This document shows, one piece after another, positions 47,241 to 57,504 of a DNA stretch of 64,000 bases. The notes under the pieces are model-generated. The model had not been told where the DNA came from, searched no databases, and worked only from the letters and a program-made list of their open reading frames with translations. This stretch comes from Candidatus Kuenenbacteria bacterium HGW-Kuenenbacteria-1. Lineage in GTDB: Bacteria; Patescibacteriota; Patescibacteriia; UBA2591; PGYQ01. How positions within the stretch are numbered: position 1 is the stretch's first letter; the number at the start of each line of letters is the position of its first letter. The stretch spans positions 16,775-80,774 of the forward strand of contig PGYQ01000001.1 of the NCBI GenBank assembly GCA_002839745.1, in the 5' to 3' direction. A program made the position numbers and the translations under genes.

Positions 47241-50200
47241 TTGGTAAAATTTAGAATAATGATTTTTTTAAATAAACAAACATTAAAAAATAATTTAAAA
47301 AAAATTGTTGGCGCTGTTATCTATAATAGAGGGGTTAATTATTTTAATTCAAAATATGTTAAAAAAATTGAGGTGTTATCAAATAATTTTTCAGAAAATA
47401 TTAAAATTATAGGTGACATAAAAGGTTCTTTTAAAAATTTTTATAAAAGTAATATATTTTTTGATTTAGAAAAAAATGAATTTAGTAGATTTAGTTGCTC
47501 ATGTCCATGTTATGAAGAATGTAAACATTGCGTAGCATTGGGATTGGAATTTATTGATGTTTATTTTGAATTTTTAGATCAAAAAGAATTACAAAATTTT
47601 AATGGAAATATTTCTTTTTTAAGAGATAATTTAACAAGATGGATTAATAAAGATGAAAAACAAAAAAAGAAATTGGGTTTAATAGAACAAAAAGCAAGAA
47701 CTTTTTTTGATAAAAAAAATCAAGAAAAACAAACTAAATTTAAAGAATTTTTAAAAAAATTTCCGCTTTTGTCAAACAAACAAATTCAAATTAAAGAAAA
47801 AATAAAATCTTCAAAATTTGAAATTGAAAATTATCATATTATTTTGGATTTTAATGAGAATAAAAGGATATATGCTAAAATTAAAAAAGATAGGCAAATT
47901 TCGTATTATGATTCAAATATTAAACCTTCTGAAATATTAAAGCATAAAAAAAAATTAACTCAGCCACAAATTGAATTAGTTGAATTTTTGAAAGAAGAAT
48001 ATCTTTGGAAGGATAATATTGATTATGAAAAATTTTTTATTTTACTCAGAGATTCAAAAATTAAAATTTATAGAGAGCAGGAAAAAAATAAATTATTTTT
48101 TGGAGATATTTCTGAAAAATTAAAAGTAGAATTATTTATAAAAAAAGAAAAAAATAAATATTTTGATTGGATAAAAAAAGATTTTATTTTTAAATTAAAT
48201 AAGTTTGATTTTTCTACAGAAAGAGTTATTTTTTTTATTGGAAAAGAAAATTTAATTATTATTAATATTATCAGCGGAAACATTAGTTTTTATAAATTGT
48301 CTAAAAAATTAATTGAAATAATTTCTCAAATTAGCACAAAAGAAATGTATGATTATGTTATAAAAGAATATAAATATCCATTTGAATTTAAATTAACAGA
48401 AAATGAAATTATTGATTTAAATTCAATTATTAAAGATATAAAAATATATTTTGATTTAAAAACAACGAAACAATTAGCAGATAAAAATTTTAAAATTAAA
48501 AAATTTAATAAAGCAGAACCTTATATTTTAGTGGACTATAAAGAAGAAAAGAATTTTTTAAAAATAAAAGCAACAATTGATTATGAATTTTGCAAAGTAA
48601 ATGTTTCTGATACAGTTTGTAGTTATTATCAAAATCAAAAAATTTTTTTTAAGAGAAAAATTAATGAAAATTTTATTGATTATTTTATTAAAGATAAGTA
48701 TATAATTAAAATTGATGAAGAAAATATTTTTTATACTAAAGCGAATAAAAAAAAAGAATTAGAGTTTTTTCAAAAATTTTATGGAAATTATGGATTTAAT
48801 AAAAAAGTAGAATGCGAAAGAAAAAACGAAAAAGATATTTTTAAATATTTTAGTAAATATTGGGAAGATATTAAAAAAATTGGTTATAAAATAGAATTTA
48901 TTGGTGATAAATTTGAGCTTGTTGAAGAAAATTTTAATGCGGATTTTAATGTTAATCTTGACGAAGAAAATGGTTTGCTTGCTTTTGATGTAAATTGTTA
49001 TTGTGCAAAGGGCAAAATTAATTTAGATGATTTAAAAAATTATATTAAAAATAAAAAAGAATATATAAAAATAGCAGATGGTCAAATGTTGAAAATTAGT
49101 AATTATGAAGAATTAGAGCGATTTATTATGATGTTGGAAAGTTTTTATAGAAAAGAAAAAGATCATTTTGAAGGAGGACTTTATCATGCTCCAGAATTAA
49201 AAAATATTTTTACTAGTTCAAAATATTACAATACTAAAGTTGAAGAAAGTTTTAATAAATTTATTCAAGAGGCTCAAACAGGTAAACCAGTAAAAAAAAT
49301 AAAAATATTAGAGCAATATAAAAAAATTTTACGAGATTATCAAAAAGAGGGGATTGATTGGTTTTATTTTTTGCGTAAGTATCATTTTGGTGGAATTTTA
49401 GCTGATGATATGGGTTTAGGAAAAACTTTGCAAACTTTAATTTTAATTCAACTTGAAAAAATTAAAAACAAACCTTCAATTGTGATATGTCCTAAAACTT
49501 TACTTTATAATTGGGAAAGCGAAGTAAAAAAATTTGTTCCTAAAATAAAAACAATAATTTTTGATGGCTTACCAATAGAACGTGAACAAAAAATTAAAAA
49601 TTTTAAAAAATATGATTTAATTATTACTTCTTATGCTACCTTGCAAAAAGATTTAGAAAAATATAAAGAAGAAAAAATTAAATTTAATTATTGTATTTTA
49701 GATGAAGCTCAATTTATTAAAAATCATTCCACTAAAAATGCTCAAATGGTTAAAAAGATTGATGCTGATTATAGATTGGCCTTGACTGGCACACCTTTAG
49801 AAAATAATGTATCTGAAATTTGGTCAATTTTTGATTTTTTAATGCCAGGATTTTTAGGTTCTTATAAACTTTTTGTTGAAAAATTTCAAAATCCAATAAT
49901 GAAACGAAATAATCTTCAAACATTAGATAATCTTCGTAAAAAAATTAGTTGTTTTATGCTTAGGCGAACCAAAAAAGAGGTTTTAAAAGAATTGCCTTCT
50001 AAAATTGAACAAATAACACATTGTCATTTGGAATCTTCTCAGAGTATTTTATACCAAGAAATTTTAGTAAATGTAAAAAGTCAAATTTTTGAAATAGTAA
50101 AGGAAAAAGGTTTTGCTAAATCGCAAATTCATATTTTAGCTGGGTTAACCAAATTAAGGCAAGTTTGTAATCATCCAGTACTTTTACTTAAAGATAAAGA

Positions 50201-50723
50201 TTATACCAAATATGAATCAGCTAAATTAAATATTTTTCTTGAATTAATTAATGAAATTGTTTTAGCTAAACGAAAGGTTTTGGTTTTTAGTCAATTTACA
50301 AAAATGTTGGATATTTTGGTTGAAGAATTAAAAAAGAATAAAATCAATTATTCTTATTTATCTGGTAAAACAAAAAATAGACAAGAGATTGTTAAGGATT
50401 TTAATGAAAGCAACAAAAAACAGGTTTTTCTTATTAGTTTAAAAGCTGGAGGAACTGGATTAAATTTAACTTCAGCTGATAATGTAATTATTTTTGATCC
50501 TTGGTGGAATCCAAGTGTAGAAATTCAAGCGATTGATAGAACACATAGAATTGGACAAAAAAATTCTGTAAATGTTTATAGATTAATTACCAATGGAACT
50601 ATTGAAGAAAAAATTGTTGATTTGCAAAAAAGAAAACAATTTTTGTCTGATAGTTTAATAGGAGAAAGTCAAGATTTATTTAAAAAATTAACATGGGAAG
50701 ATGTTAAAGGATTATTTGAATAA
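47241..50723 (+). CDS. SNF2-family DEAD/DEAH helicase with N-terminal SWIM zinc finger
   Basis: SWIM CSCPCYEECKHC; ADDMGLGKTLQT (motif I), DEAQFIKN (motif II), helicase-C segment FLISLKAGGTGLNLTSADNVIIFDPWWNP...DRTHRIGQ. Confidence 0.8.
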   Translation: MVKFRIMIFLNKQTLKNNLKKIVGAVIYNRGVNYFNSKYVKKIEVLSNNFSENIKIIGDIKGSFKNFYKSNIFFDLEKNEFSRFSCSCPCYEECKHCVALGLEFIDVYFEFLDQKELQNFNGNISFLRDNLTRWINKDEKQKKKLGLIEQKARTFFDKKNQEKQTKFKEFLKKFPLLSNKQIQIKEKIKSSKFEIENYHIILDFNENKRIYAKIKKDRQISYYDSNIKPSEILKHKKKLTQPQIELVEFLKEEYLWKDNIDYEKFFILLRDSKIKIYREQEKNKLFFGDISEKLKVELFIKKEKNKYFDWIKKDFIFKLNKFDFSTERVIFFIGKENLIIINIISGNISFYKLSKKLIEIISQISTKEMYDYVIKEYKYPFEFKLTENEIIDLNSIIKDIKIYFDLKTTKQLADKNFKIKKFNKAEPYILVDYKEEKNFLKIKATIDYEFCKVNVSDTVCSYYQNQKIFFKRKINENFIDYFIKDKYIIKIDEENIFYTKANKKKELEFFQKFYGNYGFNKKVECERKNEKDIFKYFSKYWEDIKKIGYKIEFIGDKFELVEENFNADFNVNLDEENGLLAFDVNCYCAKGKINLDDLKNYIKNKKEYIKIADGQMLKISNYEELERFIMMLESFYRKEKDHFEGGLYHAPELKNIFTSSKYYNTKVEESFNKFIQEAQTGKPVKKIKILEQYKKILRDYQKEGIDWFYFLRKYHFGGILADDMGLGKTLQTLILIQLEKIKNKPSIVICPKTLLYNWESEVKKFVPKIKTIIFDGLPIEREQKIKNFKKYDLIITSYATLQKDLEKYKEEKIKFNYCILDEAQFIKNHSTKNAQMVKKIDADYRLALTGTPLENNVSEIWSIFDFLMPGFLGSYKLFVEKFQNPIMKRNNLQTLDNLRKKISCFMLRRTKKEVLKELPSKIEQITHCHLESSQSILYQEILVNVKSQIFEIVKEKGFAKSQIHILAGLTKLRQVCNHPVLLLKDKDYTKYESAKLNIFLELINEIVLAKRKVLVFSQFTKMLDILVEELKKNKINYSYLSGKTKNRQEIVKDFNESNKKQVFLISLKAGGTGLNLTSADNVIIFDPWWNPSVEIQAIDRTHRIGQKNSVNVYRLITNGTIEEKIVDLQKRKQFLSDSLIGESQDLFKKLTWEDVKGLFE

Positions 50724-50739
50724 AAATTAATATTAATAT

Positions 50740-51846
50740 TTGTTTAATTTTATTTTTATGAATGACTTAAAATATTGGGTTGCTTTTTCATATTTGTCGG
50801 AAATTGGAAGCGCGCGTTTTCAAAAGCTTTTAAATTATTTCAAAAGTTTAGAAAAGGCATGGACAGCTGGTGTTAGTGAATTAGAAAAAGCTGGAATAGA
50901 AAATAAAATAGCAGAAAGAATAATTTTAAAACGCAAGCAAATAAATCCTGACGAAAAAATGGAAAAATGCGAAAAAGAAAATATTCGAGTCATTACTTTT
51001 AATGATCCGCAATATCCAAAATTACTCAAAGAAATTAATAGTTTTCCTGCTTTGTTATTTTATAAGGGAAATTTTCAAAGACAAGATGAATTTAGTTTAG
51101 CCATTATAGGAACTCGAAAAATGAGTCTTTATGGAAAACAGATTATTGTGGAAATTATTAGAGATTTAGTTCAAACTAATTTGGTTATTGTTTCTGGATT
51201 GGCAAGAGGAGTAGATACATTGGCACATCAAATTACTCTTGAATTTGCAGGTCGGACGATTGCTGTTTTGGGTTCTGGACTAAATGAAAAAAATATTTAT
51301 CCTTTTGAAAATAAAGCTTTAGCTCAAAAAATTGTTGAACAAAATGGACTTTTACTTTCTGAATATCCACCAGAAACTTTTCCTCAAAAATATTTTTTTC
51401 CATATCGTAATCGAATTGTCGCTGGTTTAACCTTGGGAACTTTAGTTATTGAAGCGCCTGAAAGAAGCGGAGCATTAATTACGGCTCGTTATGCTTTGGA
51501 ACAAGGTCGTGAAATATTTGCTGTTCCAGGAAATGTTCATAGTTTAAATTCTGTTGGTTGTAATAATTTGATTAAAATGGGAGGCAAATTAGTAAATAAT
51601 GCCAATGATATTTTAGATGCGTTGAATTTTGTTCGAACAGTTAAGCCGATTGTTCGAAAAGTTATTAAACCATCCAATAAAGAAGAGGCTGAATTGTTAA
51701 AATATTTATCTGAAGAACCAATTCATGTTGACAAATTGATTGAATTTTCTAAACTTAGTCCAACTGATATAAATAGCGTTTTGACAATGATGGAAATAAA
51801 TGGCAAGATAAAACACTTAGGAGGGATGTATTATATTTTAGGGTAG
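50740..51846 (+). CDS. dprA: DNA processing protein A (DprA/Smf)
   Basis: SGLARGVDTLAHQ Rossmann-fold motif, C-terminal winged-helix-like tail. Confidence 0.85.
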   Translation: MFNFIFMNDLKYWVAFSYLSEIGSARFQKLLNYFKSLEKAWTAGVSELEKAGIENKIAERIILKRKQINPDEKMEKCEKENIRVITFNDPQYPKLLKEINSFPALLFYKGNFQRQDEFSLAIIGTRKMSLYGKQIIVEIIRDLVQTNLVIVSGLARGVDTLAHQITLEFAGRTIAVLGSGLNEKNIYPFENKALAQKIVEQNGLLLSEYPPETFPQKYFFPYRNRIVAGLTLGTLVIEAPERSGALITARYALEQGREIFAVPGNVHSLNSVGCNNLIKMGGKLVNNANDILDALNFVRTVKPIVRKVIKPSNKEEAELLKYLSEEPIHVDKLIEFSKLSPTDINSVLTMMEINGKIKHLGGMYYILG

Positions 51847-51877
51847 TTTTATATTTTTTAATAAAAATTAAAAAATT

Positions 51878-54079
51878 ATGATTTTAATTATTGTGGAATC
51901 GCCAACTAAGGCAAAAACAATTGAAAAATTTTTAGGTTCTTCTTATAAATTAGAATCTTCTTTTGGGCATATTCGTGATTTGCCAAAAAAAGAGATGGGG
52001 ATTGAAATAGAAAATAATTTTAAACCAAAATATGTAATTCCTGACAAGGCTAAAAAAAAGGTGGGTGAATTAAAAATGATTGTTAAAAAAGTTGATTCAA
52101 TTATTTTGGCAACTGACGAAGACAGAGAAGGGGAGGCGATTGCTTGGCATTTAACACAAGCCTTAAATTTAAAAAATAAAAAAGTTGAAAGAATTGTTTT
52201 TCACGAAATTACTAAAGAAGCAATTTTAAATGCCTTAAAAGCTCCTCAAAAAATTGACATAAATCTTGTTGATGCGCAACAAGGTCGACGAATTTTAGAT
52301 CGTCTAGTTGGTTATGAGTTGTCTCCTTTTTTATGGAAAAAAGTAGCTCGCGGTCTTTCAGCTGGTCGAGTCCAATCAGTGGCTGTTCGTTTAATTGTTG
52401 ATAGAGAAAGAGAAATTGAAGCTTTTAAATCAGAAGAATATTGGACTGTTGAAGCAAGGCTTCAACAGAAAATTCTAAATTCTAAATTTGAAACTGAATT
52501 TTTGGCAATGTTAATAAAAAAAGACAAGAAGACTATTTCAAAATTGGAAATTAAAACAAAAGAAGAAGCTGATAAAATTTTAAAAGATTTAGAAGAAGCA
52601 AAATACAAAATAATTGATATTAAAAAAAGAGAAATTAAAAAAAATCCAAACGCGCCATTTATTACTTCTACTCTTCAGCAAGAAGCAAATCATAAATTGG
52701 GTTTTTCCGCAAAGCAAACAATGATGATTGCTCAACAACTTTATGAAGGAATTGGATTAGGTAAAGAAGGCTCAGTTGGTTTGATTACTTATATGCGCAC
52801 AGATTCTTTTAATCTGGCGGAAAATTTTTTAGAAAAAACTCAAAATTATATTAAAGAAAATTTTGGATCAGAATATGCTTTGGAACAATATCGTAGATTT
52901 AAAATTAAATCTAAATTATCTCAAGAGGCGCATGAAGCCATTAGGCCCACTGAAATTATTAGATCTCCTGAGATGGTAGAAGCATTTTTAGATAAAAATC
53001 AATTTAAATTATATCAATTAATTTGGCGACGAACATTGGCGTGTCAAATGAAGGAAGCGATTTTTGATTCTACTTCTGTGGATATTGAAGCTAAAAATTA
53101 TATTTTTAGAGCCAGTGGTTCTATAATAAAATTTGATGGATTTCTTAAAATTTATCCGTCAAAGACCGAAGAAAATATTTTACCGTCGTTAGAAATTAAT
53201 GAAATTTTAGCTTTGAATAAATTAATTTCCAATCAACATTTTACTCAACCGCCAGGTCGGTACAATGAAGCCACTTTAATTAAAGCCTTGGAAGAAAATG
53301 GGATTGGTCGTCCTTCAACTTACGCGCCAACGATCAGCACAATTGTTGAACGAAATTATATTATTAAAGAAAATAAATATTTGAAACCTACTGATATTGG
53401 AATTTTAGTCAACGATTTACTTGTTGAACATTTTCCTAAAATTGTGGATATTAAATTTACTGCTCAAATGGAAAACAATTTAGATGAAGTAGCACAAGGA
53501 AAAGTAAAATGGCAACCAATAATTAAAGAATTTTATGATCCGTTTAAAAAAAATCTTATACAAAAAGAAAAAGAGGTTTCAAAAAAAGCATTAACAGAAA
53601 AAGAGAGTGATGAAAAATGTGATAAATGTGACAAACCAATGATTATAAAAGTGGGTCGTTTTGGCAAGTTTTTGGCTTGTACAGGATTTCCTGATTGTAA
53701 AAACACAAAGCCATTAGAAAAAGATTTGAGAGAAATGGAATTGTCTAATGAAAAATGTGATAAATGTGGCGCAGATATGATTATTAAACATGGTCGATTT
53801 GGAGCATTTCTTTCTTGTTCAAAATATCCAGAATGCAAAAACATAAAATCAATTAAAAAATCAACAGGTGTAAAATGTCCTCAATGTAATAAAGGCGAGA
53901 TTGTTGAAAAAAAATCAAAAAAAGGTGGTCGCACTTTTTATGCTTGTGATCAATATCCTAATTGTAAATTTGCTCTTTGGCAAAAACCAGTTAATCAAAA
54001 ATGCGACAAATGTGGGAGTTTAATGGTCATGGCAAAAGATGACGAAAAGAGATGTAGCAATAAAGAGTGTAAAATATAA
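51878..54079 (+). CDS. topA: DNA topoisomerase I with C-terminal C4 zinc ribbons
   Basis: TOPRIM N-terminus (ILIIVESPTKAKTIEKFLG), active-site Tyr region (TYMRTDS), three CDKCD..C..C zinc ribbons. Confidence 0.9.
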   Translation: MILIIVESPTKAKTIEKFLGSSYKLESSFGHIRDLPKKEMGIEIENNFKPKYVIPDKAKKKVGELKMIVKKVDSIILATDEDREGEAIAWHLTQALNLKNKKVERIVFHEITKEAILNALKAPQKIDINLVDAQQGRRILDRLVGYELSPFLWKKVARGLSAGRVQSVAVRLIVDREREIEAFKSEEYWTVEARLQQKILNSKFETEFLAMLIKKDKKTISKLEIKTKEEADKILKDLEEAKYKIIDIKKREIKKNPNAPFITSTLQQEANHKLGFSAKQTMMIAQQLYEGIGLGKEGSVGLITYMRTDSFNLAENFLEKTQNYIKENFGSEYALEQYRRFKIKSKLSQEAHEAIRPTEIIRSPEMVEAFLDKNQFKLYQLIWRRTLACQMKEAIFDSTSVDIEAKNYIFRASGSIIKFDGFLKIYPSKTEENILPSLEINEILALNKLISNQHFTQPPGRYNEATLIKALEENGIGRPSTYAPTISTIVERNYIIKENKYLKPTDIGILVNDLLVEHFPKIVDIKFTAQMENNLDEVAQGKVKWQPIIKEFYDPFKKNLIQKEKEVSKKALTEKESDEKCDKCDKPMIIKVGRFGKFLACTGFPDCKNTKPLEKDLREMELSNEKCDKCGADMIIKHGRFGAFLSCSKYPECKNIKSIKKSTGVKCPQCNKGEIVEKKSKKGGRTFYACDQYPNCKFALWQKPVNQKCDKCGSLMVMAKDDEKRCSNKECKI

Positions 54080-54094
54080 ATTATTTATTTTTTT

Positions 54095-55105
54095 ATGTCT
54101 CAAGCGCAATTACAAAAATTTATTGCATTTTTGCAAAAACAAAAATATTCTGTTTTTGGGTTGTTTGAAGAAAATGAAATAATAAAAATTAAACCAATTT
54201 TAAACCCTAAAAAATTTAAATTATTAGGAAAGTTTTCTTTTTATTCATTTAAGAAATTTTTTCTTTTTTCAAAAGAAATTTTATTTAATTTTAAAAAAAA
54301 TCGTTTAATAAAAAATAAAGACATTATCTTAAAACAAGCCTTATTAGGAATGAGCATTTTTGATCTCAAGGCTTTGATACTTTATAATAATGTCTTTGAA
54401 AAAGATTGTTATTATCAACAAAGAAAAAAAAATACGCTTGTTATTGGGCAAAGCATTATGCTTTCGGATGAAAAAACTTTTCAAATTTGGGAAGATAAAT
54501 ATGAGGAAGATATTTTAGAACATTTACATTTTGATATTTTTTTAGGAATAATAAATAAGTCTTTAGTTCAATCTTCCATGGGTTCTAAAAAAATAAAGTA
54601 CAAAGTTTTTACTGGAACAATAATTGGTCAAGAAATTTTAGATAAATTTGGATTTAAAGATTATGAACATATTCAATTTGCTGGACCAATTAAAGAAGAA
54701 GGATTGGATTTGGAAATGGTTAAAATTAAAGATGCGATGAAAAAAAATTATAAATCTGAAATTTGGGAAGAATTAGGAAAAAAATGTATTGAATGTGGAA
54801 AATGTTCCTTGGTTTGTCCGACATGTTTTTGTTTTAATATTTATGATCAAATGGATTTAGAAAAAAATAAAGGACAAAGAGTACAATGTTGGGCAAGTTG
54901 TTTTTATCAAGAATTTTCAGAAATTGCTGGAGGATATAAATTTTTAGATAGTACAGCTAAAAGAATTTATAATTGGTATTATCATAAATTTGTCCGAATT
55001 CCTGAGGAATATAGTTTTTCTGGATGCGTTGGTTGCGGTCGTTGCATCAAGGTTTGTCCTGCAGGAATTAATATTAGAGAAACATTGGAAAAAATTAAAA
55101 AATAA
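54095..55105 (+). CDS. 4Fe-4S cluster protein, AsrA/HydB-like electron-transfer subunit
   Basis: CIECGKCSLVCPTCFC and CVGCGRCIKVCP motifs; paired with downstream FAD/NAD subunit. Confidence 0.5.
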   Translation: MSQAQLQKFIAFLQKQKYSVFGLFEENEIIKIKPILNPKKFKLLGKFSFYSFKKFFLFSKEILFNFKKNRLIKNKDIILKQALLGMSIFDLKALILYNNVFEKDCYYQQRKKNTLVIGQSIMLSDEKTFQIWEDKYEEDILEHLHFDIFLGIINKSLVQSSMGSKKIKYKVFTGTIIGQEILDKFGFKDYEHIQFAGPIKEEGLDLEMVKIKDAMKKNYKSEIWEELGKKCIECGKCSLVCPTCFCFNIYDQMDLEKNKGQRVQCWASCFYQEFSEIAGGYKFLDSTAKRIYNWYYHKFVRIPEEYSFSGCVGCGRCIKVCPAGINIRETLEKIKK

Positions 55106-55135
55106 ATATACGGGGTTCAACCTTGTCAAATTTTT

Positions 55136-55957
55136 ATGAAAAATATTTATCAATCCAAAACAGCTATTATTAAAAATATTAAAACCCAAACCAAAGAGGT
55201 TAAACTTTTTACTTTGCAATTTAAAAAAAAGAAAGATCAAAAAGATTTTTTCTTTACCCCAGGTCAATTTATAGAAGTTGGGATATTGGGTTTTGGCGAA
55301 GCGCCTTTTGCTATATGTTCTTCAAATGTAAACGTAGATTTTTTTCAAATTTGTGTTCGAAAAGCGGGACAATTGACAATAAAATTACATTCTCTTAAAA
55401 TTAATGACGAGATTCAAATTAGAGGACCTTATGGAAATGGTTTTCCTAAAATTGAAAATTCAACAACAAATTTGCTTTTGATTGGTGGTGGGATAGGGTT
55501 GGTACCTTTGAGATCAATTATTAAAACAATACAAGATCAAAAACAAAATATAAAAAATAAAATTATTCTTTTTTATGGAGTGAAAGATTATAATGAACTT
55601 TTATTTAAAGATGAATATAAGCAATGGGAAAAATTTTTAGATTTACATATTGTTCTTAACAAACCAGATTTAAAATGGAAAGGCGACATAGGTTTAATCA
55701 CTGTCTTATTTGATAATGTAAAATTGGCAAATGGTTATTTGTCTTTACAAGCATTTCTTTGCGGTCCTCCAATAATGTATAAATTTGTTGTTCAAAAGTT
55801 AAAAGAATTAAATATTCCAGATGAAAATATTTTTTTATCTTTAGAGCGTCGGATGCATTGCGGAGTTGGAATTTGTCAGCATTGTGCCATTGGTTCACGA
55901 TATGTTTGTAAAAATGGTCCAGTATTTAATTACGCGGAAATAAAAAATAGCTTATAG
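55136..55957 (+). CDS. FAD/NAD(P)-binding oxidoreductase with C-terminal [2Fe-2S] site (AsrB/HydG/PyrK-like)
   Basis: FNR-like fold (LLLIGGGIGLVPL), C-terminal C-x8-C-x2-C cluster (CGVGICQHCAIGSRYVCKNGPVF). Confidence 0.6.
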   Translation: MKNIYQSKTAIIKNIKTQTKEVKLFTLQFKKKKDQKDFFFTPGQFIEVGILGFGEAPFAICSSNVNVDFFQICVRKAGQLTIKLHSLKINDEIQIRGPYGNGFPKIENSTTNLLLIGGGIGLVPLRSIIKTIQDQKQNIKNKIILFYGVKDYNELLFKDEYKQWEKFLDLHIVLNKPDLKWKGDIGLITVLFDNVKLANGYLSLQAFLCGPPIMYKFVVQKLKELNIPDENIFLSLERRMHCGVGICQHCAIGSRYVCKNGPVFNYAEIKNSL

Positions 55958-55974
55958 CTTGTAGAAAATAAATT

Positions 55975-56007
55975 AAATTTTAAAATTGAAAATTGAAAAT
56001 TAATTTT
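55975..56007. repeat. Heptamer-type tandem repeat (AAATTTT/AAATTGA units) preceding tRNA-Leu
   Basis: aaattttaaaattgaaaattgaaaattaattttt. Confidence 0.6.
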
Positions 56008-56008
56008 T

Positions 56009-56093
56009 GCCCAGGTGGTGAAATTGGTATACACGCTAGGTTAAGGACCTAGTACCGTGAGGTGTGGAGGTTCAAGTCCTCTCCTGGGCACCA
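56009..56093 (+). tRNA. tRNA-Leu (class II, long variable arm); anticodon loop reads TTAAGGA so anticodon AAG in my parse
   Basis: GCCCAGG/CCTGGGC acceptor, GGTGGTGAAATTGGTATACAC D-arm typical of tRNA-Leu, CTAGG-TTAAGGA-CCTAG anticodon arm, long variable arm, TTCAAGT T-loop, encoded CCA. Confidence 0.75.
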
Positions 56094-56149
56094 AATTGGA
56101 TTTCGTGATTTTTTGCGGGTGGAAGCAGAGGTTTGCTCGCCCCGCCTGC

Positions 56150-56334
56150 AGAAAAAAAAGGAGACCCTACATAAAATTATTTCTGGTATTCGGATTTCTT
56201 CCGAGCATGCTATCGCTGGCATTAAAAGATTGCGAATTGTAACTGACAAATTTAGGAATAAAACAAATAAATTTAATGATAAGGTTATGTTTTTAGCTTG
56301 TGGACTCTGGAATTATCAATTAAAATATTGCTAA
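56150..56334 (+). pseudogene. C-terminal ~60-aa remnant of an IS4/IS5-superfamily DDE transposase
   Basis: ...KETLHKIISGIRISSEHAIAGIKRLRIVTDKFRNKTNKFNDKVMFLACGLWNY: E-x7-K/R spacing and IAxIKRxRIxxDxFRNxxxxFxxxxxLAcxLxN pattern typical of DDE_Tnp_1 C-termini; N-terminal ~250 aa absent; embeds dispersed motif copy C (56161-56190). Confidence 0.5.
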
Positions 56335-56389
56335 TTCCAAAATTTATAAGGATAGTCTATCTTATTGAGTTATTCCGCAACTAGTTTAA

Positions 56390-57478
56390 TTATCTTTTTT
56401 TAATATCACCAGTTAAATTAAAGGTCTTATTTTTAGCCATCGAGAGAAACCGGCTTGCTGTTTTGCCTATTTCATCGCTGATATATTTTGCATTGCTATA
56501 TTGCGAGGGGTAGCCGACTAATTCCATAAAGCCGACACCGCTTACTTTTTTATTTTCAAACAAACCTTCCACGCGAAGCGGTCCCTCCCAATAGTTAATC
56601 GAACCAAATAGCATTTCCTGATTTTCAATTTTTGCCGTTAGGTTTAAATCAATATTTTTTGCCGGCATTTTGATTTTCCATGCCAATGGATAAACCGCCT
56701 TGCTCTTTGGACTTGTCCATCGTTCGTCCAAAGGAGTAATCTCGACTTCCTGATAATGTTCTTGGTGGTTATCCGCATAAGAAATATCCGCAAAGTAAGT
56801 TTTCACCTTGCCGTCATCATATAATCCGCAAACCATTTCTGTTTTATTGTCCAATTGCACCGAAAACCAATCCCATTTATCCTTGGAGTAACTCGCGTCC
56901 GCCCATTGATGATCCATCCACGATTTGCCGGTAACATCTATCCATTTGCCCTTAATTTTTATTCTGCCCTCTGTCTTTAAGTTAGTTAATGAATAGTAAT
57001 AGGTAGTTTTGGAATGGAGATCAAGGTATCCTTTTCCGCCCTCAAGCAGTGGCTTTTTAGTTGAAGTCAAAATTAAATCAATATCCTCGTTTTTTATGTG
57101 ATATGTTGATTCGCCGGTTTTTTCAATAACGCAGTTGGTATAACCGTTTTTGATTTCTGGATTAAGATAATTTATATAAAGCAGGGGCTTGGAAAAACTA
57201 TCGTCAGAAATGACAGAAAATGGGGCTATTCTATGGTGAAAACTTTTATGCTTTAAATCCGAAACAAGGGAATGAGAAAAATAAGATGTTTTAAGCGGTA
57301 TCTTGCTTAAAAATGGAATTTTTACTTTTTTAACATCCACTTTAAAAAAGCAATCCATAAAAGAATATCCGTTGCCGTCCTTGTCTTTTAAGTGACCGTT
57401 AAAATACCACCACTCAATTATGTAATTATGTCCTGATTCGTCTGCTGGGAATTTTATTGGTTTATATTCTTTATGCAT
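56390..57478 (-). CDS. AttH/CrtC-like lipocalin-fold predicted hydrolase (COG5621-like), G+C-rich
   Basis: NYIIEWWYFNGHL and GKSWMDHQWA motifs characteristic of the CrtC/AttH family. Confidence 0.55.
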   Translation of the reverse strand: MHKEYKPIKFPADESGHNYIIEWWYFNGHLKDKDGNGYSFMDCFFKVDVKKVKIPFLSKIPLKTSYFSHSLVSDLKHKSFHHRIAPFSVISDDSFSKPLLYINYLNPEIKNGYTNCVIEKTGESTYHIKNEDIDLILTSTKKPLLEGGKGYLDLHSKTTYYYSLTNLKTEGRIKIKGKWIDVTGKSWMDHQWADASYSKDKWDWFSVQLDNKTEMVCGLYDDGKVKTYFADISYADNHQEHYQEVEITPLDERWTSPKSKAVYPLAWKIKMPAKNIDLNLTAKIENQEMLFGSINYWEGPLRVEGLFENKKVSGVGFMELVGYPSQYSNAKYISDEIGKTASRFLSMAKNKTFNLTGDIKKR

Positions 57479-57504
57479 AAAACTATTTTTAAATTATAGA
57501 AGCA

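Noticed and set aside
56049-56249. ORFs 56049..56249 (-) and 56057..56242 (+)
   Set aside because: Both run through the tRNA-Leu gene; the + frame only becomes meaningful downstream as the transposase remnant (56150-56334).
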